A stretch of 64,000 nt of DNA from Squalus acanthias (taxonomy: Eukaryota): NCBI GenBank assembly GCA_030390025.1, contig CM059425.1, positions 169,200,001-169,264,000 of the forward strand, given 5' to 3'. The position numbers and the translations under genes are program-made. Under the pieces are notes generated by a model. It saw only the letters and a list, made by a program, of their open reading frames with translations, was not told where the DNA came from and ran no database searches. The number at the start of each line of letters is the position of its first letter. Positions within the stretch are counted from its first letter, which is position 1. Positions 24,001-35,500 of the stretch are shown here, in pieces.

Positions 24001-27000
24001 GTGGTTGATGGATTGCAGCTCCTTGCAGGCCCAGGTCAGAAACAGCAATGATCAGAGTGAGGCTGTGCAGCATGAATGAACCTCCCCTTTACGAACTGGA
24101 AGGCGCCAGTCTGTCTGAGTACTTGTAATTGACCGCCTGAACTTGAGTAGTGCTCTGCGGTAGCGCCCCGCTCCCCGACGTTAGTGCCCTAAGAGAAGTG
24201 TGTAGCGCTTGATTTAGCACTCCACTTCCCTCTAGGGGTGCTAAAACTGAATTTCGCGGTCGCTGGTGCTAATTAGCGCCGGGCACTAAAGTTTGCGCCC
24301 GGGCGATGTTAGCGCCCCAAAATGGTCGATACCGAATTTTTCTCCCATGGTCTCTCTCTCTCTCTCAAGACTCTGTTGTCTTTGTGTTGCTGTTTCTCTC
24401 TCTGGATTTCCTCTTCTAATTATATCTCTCTTTTTCTATTCTGCTTCTGTTTCCTTGACTCCTCTTTTTGCTTCTCTCTTATCTTTTCCTTCTTCTTTCC
24501 TTTCAGGTGAGCGGCCGTGGGTAGCATAGTATGGTTTGGTGTGGTAGGGAAAGGAGTCTCCAATGGCTGCAGGCTGCATTTGGGATGGGGAATGCGGGGA
24601 AAACATGGTTCTGAACAGCTCCCCTTCCATCCCTTCCCTCACTCCCATCATGCCCCCTATCCTTCACTTTCCGCTCTTACCATCCCCTCACTCCCATCGC
24701 TAACCCTATCCCTCCCTCTTCAACTCCGCGCTCAGCTCTTCTAGCCTTTCCTCCCCCACATTCTGCTGTTACTCACCTCAATCTTAACTGTCCATCCTTT
24801 TCCATCTCCCATTCTCACTCGCACCCTGCAAAGTTGGGTGGCACGAGGCCAGAGATCCTCTCACTTCAACCTGTTTCCCTTCTCCTCCCATTCTCCCTTC
24901 CTAACTATTTTCCTCAAAGAGGCTTTGTTTGCTTTCAGAATTCAACTTACTAAGATTTTTTTTACAAGAAATCAAATTAGAAATAGGAAAGACACTGCTT
25001 TCCTGTCCCTCTCTCATGAGTGCAAATTATTAGTAATTACCTTTTCTAACTGTCAACAAAACATTAATTGGCTTTAAAAAAAACGAAACTAAGGTTAACT
25101 TGAAGGAAGATACTTTGGGGCTAATATTAACTCCACCAACCAGGCAGAAACTAGGTGGGGAGAGCATTTAAAATGGAGCGGGGGTCCTGCCCACACTTTT
25201 TCTGCACCAATCTAGGTCGAATGCAATTTTAAATTGCAGGTGGCAAGAACACCCGTCCCAAGTCGGCAGGGTGCTCTTTGAATATGCAGATTGGGCTCTG
25301 ATGACATAGTCGGGCCCGACCTGTTAATTTTAATCTGAGGCTTGAACTGGCAGTGGTGGCTTCCTCGCCAGGCACAACCTGCCGGGAACAGCAGTCAGAG
25401 TCAGAAGAGGCCCAGTAAGGTGAATTTAAAAAAATAGTTTCCTTGTGGGCCAGGAGGAGCAGGAATTAGGGCAGATGAGCGGGATAACTTGGAAATTTAT
25501 CCACTTCAGCTCACTAATAATAGAAGTGCAGGGAATTGCAGCCCTGAAAGAAAGTGGTACTCCCAATGACCATGTTTGGGCTGGGTGGAGGCTCTGCCCC
25601 AAACAAAGGCCCATGGAAGTTATTGAAGAAGGTTGCCCAGCTTTTTGGCATCCTGGCATAGTTTGTGGCCTTTCTGCCATACTCTTGCCTGATTTACAGT
25701 AGGAGTGCGCCAAAATGGCCTGGATTTTTTGTCCGCAGTGTGTTTTAATACCAACTGCAAGCATGTAAAGCCCAGAGTAGACCCATAAATTATTATGTAT
25801 TTCTACGGGTAAAGAAAAATCCCAATGAGCGCACATGCTTTCAATTAAAAGCAGAGGAGAGGAATATTAAAGACTTTTTCTGTTTTGAACAGATTTTAAT
25901 GACAATGGCACAATAGATCGTTCGGATCTGATCCAGTTCTTAACCATAATCACTGGAAATGAAGTTCACAACATTCTTAATGAGGTGGAAATGAAGATGA
26001 TTATTGACATGGTTTGTTATCTTGGATTACCTTATGGGGATTTGACTAATTTGTGTTTGACATATAAAAGTTAACACTTATACAGGTCAGTGCGATCAAG
26101 CAAATAATGAAAACCATACAACAAAAAAGAAACTCATAGAGGTTCAACTTGCAACAAACGTCTCAATTTTCCAATCGCCTTTTGATGTGAACTCGAATTA
26201 AATTTACACCTTGGGTTATTTTGAAGGGACATGGCCTCATTTACTTCTTTTTCACAGCTGGAGCAAATTCAGATTGCACCTTACTGATGTGAACTGAGTC
26301 CTTCATCTGGGAATTGTAATCCAATTATATGCAACAGGACAGCAGCTGTAATTTGCAACAGACGCCTTAATTCCAAAATTGATCTAAATGTGTGGTGTCA
26401 CTGAATCTTAACTACATCAGAACAAATTTTGAAATAGAAATTATTTTCAGTAAATAAACTAGAATATACCTGCATGTTATATGAATGATACTTACACTCA
26501 TATCTTGTCCCTTTTAAGATCATAGAGGATATTGATATGGATGGCGATGAACGTATAAACCTTTCAGAATTCCATCATATTGCATCAAAAGTGCCTGACT
26601 TTGCAGGGTAATACAATTAAAATGTTTTCATAAAATTCTTTATAATTTTATGTTCTCTAATCTACTGACTGTCTACTCTCCCAATAATACAGGATTGATG
26701 TAAATTTAAGTGCAGCTTAAGATAAAATGCTTTTTTAATTGTTTGTCACTAATGACATTGTGGCTAGGTTCTGCTTTAAGTGTCTGTGGGACAAAAAGCA
26801 ACTCTAACTTCTTGAATGCAAGTATAGGCCTGATTTTATATTCTTTTTGATGGCCATTAACTCCCATTGGTGCTACATATAGGAGTAAGGATTCTGCTTC
26901 TTGCTTTGTGTAAAGATGTAAATTCATTTGTGAAGATTTTGTCTGCATGATATTTTAAGCAAAATATAAATCTGTTCTTTTAGAACTTGTTCTAAGACTT

Positions 27001-30000
27001 AAGTAGAAATTCCAAATGGAGGGACTCTACATTAATGGGCTTACAATGCTCCTACACATAATGAACAGAGAACTTCTTTACACTTGGTGATGCACAGGAG
27101 TTTACTAGTGTTGCAGAATTATATTTATCCAAGTGCTGTCTGTGCTTGTGAGGTAGTAGAGCATTTAAAACTGTGTCAGAGGCAATATTAACAGCAGCGC
27201 GCCATGGATTATATATTTCCAGAGGATATCAATATTGTGTCCCAACAGTGGATCTCAGCCACAGTATTGGTTCTGCACTACTCATTCATTTAAAAGTTTA
27301 AAAAGTCTATAAATGCAGGGGCATGATGATCAAGTATCTTCCAAAACAAAAGTAAAAGGATGTGCAGTAGTTTAACAGTGATATTTTGATAGGCCTTGTG
27401 TCTTGTGCCTTGCTTTTGAGCAAGCTGCTTCAGCTGTGGGATATGAGAAAACAACAACAACTTGCATTTATATAGCGCCTTTAATGTTGTAAAATGTCCG
27501 AAGGTGCTTCACAAGAGCAATTATCAAACAAAATTTGCCACATACAAGATATTAGGACAGAGGTAGGTTTTAAGGAGCATCTTAAAAGAGGAAAGAGAGG
27601 TAGAGAGGTCTAGGGAGGGAATTCCAGAGCTTAGGGCCTTGGCAGCGGAAGGCACGGTTGGCAATGGTGGAGCAAAGAGGCAAGAATTGGAGGAGTGTAG
27701 AGGTCTTGGCGGGTTGTAGGGCTGGATGAGGTTAAAACAAAGATCAAGCTCTGTGGATCTCCCATGGAAAATCAGAACAAAGTGTATTTTCCTGAGAATG
27801 CGTTTAAAAGCAGAGAGGCGAAATTGTGGGAGAATTTCCACAGCGTTCTTCCAATCCCTTGCTGTAACTTCGGTAAAATTCCGTGGATTTCATAGGATAT
27901 ATGGCACAGAAACAGGCCATTTGGCCCAATCAGTCCATGCCGGCATTTATGCTCCACTCGAGCCTCCTCCCATCTTTCCTCATCTAAATCTATCAGCATA
28001 ACCCTCTATTCCCTTTTCCTTCATATGCTTGTCCAGCCTCCCCTTAAATGCATCGATACTATTCGCTTCTACCACTCCCTGTGGTAGCGAGTTCCACATT
28101 CTCACCACTCTCTGGGTAAAGAAGTTTCTTCTGAATTCCCTATTGGATTTCTTGGTGACTATCTTATATTGATGGCCTCTAGTTATGCTCTTCCCCACAA
28201 GTGGAAACATTCTCTCTGTATCCACTCGATCAAAACCTTTCATAATTTTAAAGACCTCTATTAGGTCACCCCTCAGCCTTCTTTTTTCAAGAGAAAAGAG
28301 ACCCAGCCTGTTTATCCTTTCCTGATATGTGTACCCTCGCATTTCTGGTATCATCCTTGTAAATCTTCTCTGCACCCTCTCCAGTGCCTCTATATCTTTT
28401 TTATAATATGGCGACCAGAACTGTACACAGTACTCTAAGTGTGGTCTAACCAAGGTTCGATACAGGTTTAGCATAACTTCCCTACTTTTCAATTCTATAT
28501 CTCTAGAAATAAACCCTAGTGCTTGGTATGCTTTTTTTTATTGCCTTGCTAACCTGTGTTGCAACTTTTAGTGATTCGTGTATTTGTACTCCGAGATCCC
28601 TTTGTTCCTCTACCCCCTAGACTCGCACCCTCCAAGTAATAAGTGACCTCCCTATTCTTCCTATCAAAATGTAATACCTCACATTTATCTGTGTTGAATT
28701 CATTTGCCAATTATATGCCCATTCTGCAAGTTTATTATTGTCCTCCTGTAACTTGTTGCAGTCCTCCTCAGTATAGACTATCCCCCCCAATTTGGTGTCA
28801 TCTGCAAATTTAGAAATTGTGTTTTTGATTCCAAAGTCTAAATCGTTAATATAAATTGTGAACAACAGTGGTCCCAGCACTGAGACTTGTGGAACACCAC
28901 TACCCACCTTCTGCCACTGTGAATAGCTACCTTTTACCCCTACTCTCTGCTTTCTGTCCTGAAGCCAGCAATCCATTCTGCTACTTGTCCCCTGACTCCG
29001 CATTCTCTGACCTTGTTCATCAGTCTATTATCGAAGGCCTTTTGAAAATCTAGATAAATTACAGCTACTGCATTACCATTGTCTACTCTCTCTGTTACCT
29101 CTTCAAAAAATTGAATGAGGTTGGTCAAGCAAGACTTTCCCTTTTGAAATCCATGCTGACTATTCATTATTATGTTTTTAGTTTCTAGATGTTCTTCTAT
29201 TTTCTCCTTCAGTAGGGATTCTATTATTTTTCCTACCACCGATGTTAAGCTGACTGCTCTATAATTCCCTGAACACGTTCTATCCTCCTTCTTAAATATA
29301 AGTATTACGTTAGCTATCCGCCAGTCCTCTGGCACTACTTCTTTTTCTAACAAATTATTAAATATGTGTAGTAATGCATCTGCTTACTTTCCCTAGATTC
29401 TTTTAAAATGCGTTGATGCAATGCATCCGGACCAGGGGTTTTATCCTCTTTGAGTTTGATTAGTTTATTTAATATATCCCCTCTTTTTTATTTTAAATGC
29501 ACTTATCTCATTACTAATCTCATCATCCAATGTCATGTCCACCTTTTCTATCTCCCTGGTAAATACAGAAGCAAAAGAATTATTTAATATTTCTGCCATC
29601 TCTCTATCGTTACCTGTGGTATTATCCTGTCTATCCTTTAATGGCCCTATTCCCATCCCAACCTTCCTTTTTTTATTGATGTGCCTGTAAAATATTTTAC
29701 TATTTTGTTTTATGTTTCTTGATAATTTAATTTCATAGCTCCTCTTTGCCTTCCTAATTGTTTTTTTGACTTCTCTCCTAATCTCTTAGTATTCTCCCTT
29801 ATCATGCACTCCCCTGCTGTTTATGTACTTAATGTATGCCTCTTTCCTTACCCTCCCCTCAATTGTTCCCTTGTGGCTTTATTTATCCATGGAGTCTCAT
29901 TAGTGTTTAGTCTGTTCTTTCCTTTTAGCAGAATATATTGTTGCTGCACTCTGTTGAACACCGTTTTAAATGTTTCCCATTGCTGTTCTACATCGTTGTT

Positions 30001-32534
30001 TGTCAATATTGTTGCCCATTTTATTTTCCCAAGTTCTATTCTCAGCCCCTCAAAATCAGCTTATCTCCAATCTATTACCCTGGTTTTCATCATACTTATG
30101 CCCTCCTCAATTATCTTCTTAAAGCGCATTATATTATGGTCACTATTGCCTAGATGTTCCCCTACTTTTACTTCTCTTATCTGCTCTGGTTCATTCCCCA
30201 TTACTAGATCCAATAGTGAATCCTCCCATGTTGGGCTTTTTATATATTGGGTTAGAAAGGAGTCCTGTACACATTGTAGGAACTCCATTCCCTTATCCCC
30301 TTTACCTACCTCTACTGTCCAATTAATATCGGGGTAGTTGAAATCCCCCATGATTATTATTCGATGTTTTTTACTCATTAACCTAATTTGTCTGCATATT
30401 TCTTCCTCCACCTCCCTTCCACTATTAGGTGGGCTGTAGACTACGCCTATTAGTGTGATTGATCCTTTATTATCTTTTATCTCTATCCATATGGATTCTA
30501 TTTTTGTCTTGCTGATAGCTGCATCACTTTTTTCTACTGCCATTATGTTATCCCTAATAAGTACAGCTGCTCCACCTCCCCTTTTTCCCTCTCTATCTTT
30601 TCTAAATATGTTATACCCTGCAATGTTTAATTCCCTTGGATCCTTGAAGAAACAGCATAAACAGCTGCTTTATCTTTTATATATGCCTTTTCACCGGGGG
30701 GAACCCCTGCGGAAATTCCAGATGCACATGCTCATCAAAGTAACATGCCAGTCGTGCACCTGAAAAACTGGTAAAGAGGATGCTGGGGCAGGAGTAGAGA
30801 ATCTCGAAAGAACCCCGGCAACACCAAGCAGTGCAGAAACTTGAGAAACAGATATCATTTGCCAAGTGTTGCCCCTCTTACTATCCATTATGACACCACA
30901 GCAGTATTTTAAAGGGAGTCTGGTGAGAGGATAAGAGAGGTTATGATTAGTGGTTGTGTTGATTTGAAATCTAAATCTATTTATTCATCTAAAATATTAC
31001 ATTAAAATCCATGAGTTTGTCATAATTGTGACAATTCGTAACAATTTAGTAACACCTGAATAACACCCACATTAATTTCAATGCCTGCTATGCACACTTC
31101 CTCCATTGACATGTTGTTGCTCTTCTGTTCTGCACTGGAAGAAGCTGTTTGAAATATATTACTGGCCAATTTCTAACTTTGCAGCTCAAAGCTCCAGAAA
31201 TTGAGGTATTTTGCTCCAACTTTTAAGTATTTGCCTATCAAACAAGTTGTACTATTTATACCTTCTGTTTTGCCCCAGCTTGCAACTAGATAATTAAATG
31301 GCCAGTTTTCCCAGCCACCATCAGAAATAAATAAATACTCTTCCCACCTCCATTACAAGTGTCAGATTATTGTTAAAAAAATTAGCTATAACGTATCAAA
31401 AGTCTCGCATTTAGAGCACATTTTATGTAACACATTCCTCATAACACTTAATTGATTTGACAGAACAAAATTTGACTTATTCAGTCACTGATCAGTAATT
31501 GATAGTACATTGTGCATTACATGGCATAACACCCTAATTATTATAAAACAGCAATTCTTCAACAATACCACAGATTTTCCAATAAACATTACTAACGGCA
31601 CACTTCTAGTCATAATATTTCCATAATATCACTGATCTTACTAAACTCTCATTGAATCCTTCACACTTGGTCTACAAGGTAGGTGGTGCTGTTGCTTACT
31701 TACCTTTGAGCGCTCTGAGGTCCATCTCCAGCCTAGATGATGCTGGGGTAAGGCATTTATGGTTTTCAGGTAAGTTTTGCTCCCATTAATTTTTAAAATT
31801 TTAATAATTTATTTAACAGCTTGCTTCCACTTCTATGAAGTGAGAGGATGGTGAACATTCAGGGCAGGTGGGGATATCAAATCAAGGGGCAGAATCTAGG
31901 ATTTGGCAGTGCTGGGTTGCAAAGGGACATTGACCTTAGGTGTGTACTTAAGATAAGGGGGAAGCAGTAATTCTCTGGCTGGCTCACCTTTTGACTCACC
32001 GAAGGGCAACTCCATGGCAGATCAATTATAATGCTTTTTTGTCACATTCCCTGTAGCACTTCTCTTAATCATTGTGAGATTTTTCTAATCTACCCAAATC
32101 CCTTCTACTTACCTCTGACTCTATCACCTGATACACTCTGAACCTTGGTCCTCCAATCGTGGAGTCCCACCTCTGTTCAGACAAAAAAACTTCATACTTC
32201 ACAATTTAGTATTTTGCATGAAATGGTAAGCATTTCTTCAATCGCAACATCTTGCATTTCTAAAGTGCTGTGCCTCACATGAATGACAAGCTCTCAGAGT
32301 GCTTTACAATAAGGAGGAAAGGGAGGCAGTGGACACTGAACATGGGGAAAGGGAAATAAAGCTATTGTAGCTAGGATGGGGAACTAAATGTACAGTCAGG
32401 GAAGAGGGTTTTGAAAAAGTTTTTGAAAGGGGTGGCAAGGTAGAGGGAACTGGTGTGTGTAGTGCTTGAATAAGCTGTCACCAGTGGTGGAGCAGAGGGA
32501 GCAAGGGGCGTGGAGAAGTCTGATTAGTGGACGG

Positions 32535-32573
<39 letters not shown>

Positions 32574-35500
32574 AGTGTAGGGCTGGAAGAGTTCATAAAG
32601 GTAGGTTTGGGCGAGGCTGTAGAGAGATTTGAAAACTAGGATGAGAATTTTGAAATTGATGGGATCAAGGCCAGAATTGATGGGAGCAAAAGAGGATGGC
32701 TTCAGATTTGCTGATATTTAGCTGGAAGACATGTTAACTCATCAAGGTCTGAATATGAGACAGATACTTTGAGTGTGTGGCAAAAACCTTTGGGTCAATG
32801 GAGGAGGCAGTGAGATAGAGCTGGGTGTTGTGAGCATACATGCAGAAAGCTGACCTTATACTGTGAATGGCAAATCCTCAGCACTACACTCTGTACAGTG
32901 ACACATATCAGTGTAGGCTTCGCAAAATCCCCCAGAAACTTGCATAGAACCCTAAAGGGGGTGATGAAGGAATTTGAGGTCAAAGCCTCAGTTGTGAAGA
33001 CATTTTGACAGGAATCAAGGAAGGAAAATACAGAACCTGAGGAAAATGACTTTGGATGATAAAGATACCTTTTTAAAAGGGCCATTGGGTAAACCTGCAG
33101 TCACAGAAACACAGGCTACGGGAAGGGGTGTGGTGAGGCAGTGGACAGCTTTTGGATATTGGGACCAAGACAAGCTGTATGGGAGATGTTTGCACTACAA
33201 TCCAACCAAGGAGGAAGAGCCTCATCCAAAACCTCACAATCACATTCAAAAATGAATAACCCAAGACCCCTTTTGAAATCCCCAGGTCCAGACAGGATAC
33301 TGGAAGTCTGAAAACAATAAAACTGCCAGTATACAGTTTCATAGCCCATCATCCCATCAAAACCCGATTAGCCAAGTATCGACAGGAACAGTTTAACAAG
33401 TCTGCCAAAAACCTAAGACAAAAGAAGCGAGATTTGGCGGGTAGATAGAGGCCCTGTCTCAATGGAAGACATAGGTAGCCATCAGGACAAGTTAACACTA
33501 AGTTAAAGTCATCAGACTTAACGAGCCCGCCAAAAAAATAAGACAAAGAAGCGAGAGTTTTGGCGCGAAGATAAACAGGCCTCAACTGAAACCTAAATCA
33601 CTTTAACGCGAAATCGATTAGTAAAGCAGTTTTGGCGCGAAAAACACAATAGACCTGAGCAGTATAATTGGGGGCCTATTTCCCCAAGAAGCAAGGAAGG
33701 AAGGAGCGAAGAAAGAGAGCCACACAGGTTCGACACCAGAGCCAAGCAACAAGGAATTTCGGAAGGCAGGCAGGCCTAAAGCCACGGGCAAGAAGACACG
33801 AGGAACCCGAGAGACACTGTGGTGGTGTCTGTTCAAGCCGTGCGGTTTGTTACAACACTATACTTAGTTAGTTCAAGGCTGTCCAGAGAGGCAGTTTAAG
33901 TTAGTAACAGTACCGAGGCACGCAAGGACAACACGCCACAGTAAGGGGAAGGGGGGGGGTCATCAACGGACCCGACTGGGAAAAAGGTTCCCAAACGCCT
34001 CGCAGCAACCAAGGCCCCACGAACCAACCAGCACAACGCCACCGATCAACCAGGTGCGAACCAGGCCGCCGCGACCACCGAAAGACCAACACCAGGAAAA
34101 ACCGAAGACACGCAAGTTCCCATGCTACAAACTATTCCTGACTTACCCCTGGGTAAGATTTTCCCTTAAAAAACTCTAAACCCTACCTCTAACGAAGAAA
34201 ATTGGGTACTCACCTGATATAATCCAATACGCACCTTACCGCATCAGCGGACAGACCCAAACTGACCCGGAGTGCAGCTGAAGTCTTCTACCACGTCTGG
34301 GGTACGGCAGGCCCCAACAACCAAAAACCCCAGTGAACCCCGAAATCGCGAAATACCTCAACTGTCAAGGAGTGGTGAGCATTATCCCTGGTCCTCTGAA
34401 ATCAAACCTAGCTAGGTAGTGGGATTGGGAGGGATAAGGGGTTTTGTATACTGTAATTCTCCCTCGCCTGTACCGTGTGTTCCCCAACCTGTGTTTAAGT
34501 ATTAAGTATGTTTTAAGATTGTTTGTGTTGTATTTACCTTTTCTTGAATAAAAGTTAAAGTTCTTTCATCAAAACCTGTTGTCTACTGCACCTTTTGTTC
34601 ACGACCCCCAAATAAGTCCAAGGTCTAGAACCAGGGGCGTGGGAGCGATTTGAACCGCTCACTGAAGTCAGAGGTGAAGCTGACCCTACCTACCACACCA
34701 CCCCCTACACTCAACCACTGAGTAAATGCCATCTTTCTTTCATTAATTCCTGCTACAAATGAGCCAGGCCCAGTCATGATATGTTGGCACACCCAAGCCC
34801 ATTATTCTCTTTTCTCTTAGTGTTGCTGAGTGCATTAGCAAGAGCCCAACACTAAGCACAGCCCTGCCTGACTGCAGGATAGCACCCGCAAACTGCTTGC
34901 AGGAAACCAAGGCAATATTATACACAAATTGCACAATATTGCCCCAGCACTGGTGCCAACAACCCAGCTTAACACCGCGCAATGCACATCTTATAGAAAT
35001 GTCTGGATAGTAAAGAAAGAACTTGCATTTATATAGCGCCTTTCATGACCTCAGATTGTCCCAAAACACCTTACAGCTAATGAAGTACTTTTGAACTTTA
35101 GTCACTTGTAATGTAGGAAATGCGGCAGCCAATATGCTCACAGCAAGTTCCCACAAACAGCAATGTGATAATGACCAGATAATCTGTTTGTGATGTTGGT
35201 TGAGGGATAAATAGTGACCAGGACATCTGGGATAACTCCACTGCTCTTCTTTGAAATAGTGCCACGAGATCTTTTTAAGAGCTGGAAAGTGGGATTAGGC
35301 TGGAAGCTCTTTTTCAACCGGCGCAGACACAATGGGCTGTATGGCCTCCTTCTGTGCTGTAAATTTCTATGATTCTATGATTCTACGTCCACCTGAGAGA
35401 TCAAACGGGACCTCGGTCTCTGTTTCGATCACTTCCCGTGGCCCTTAGGGTCTTTTACCATCCATCATCTTCTACAAGCAGAAACACTACCTTTCTCTTT

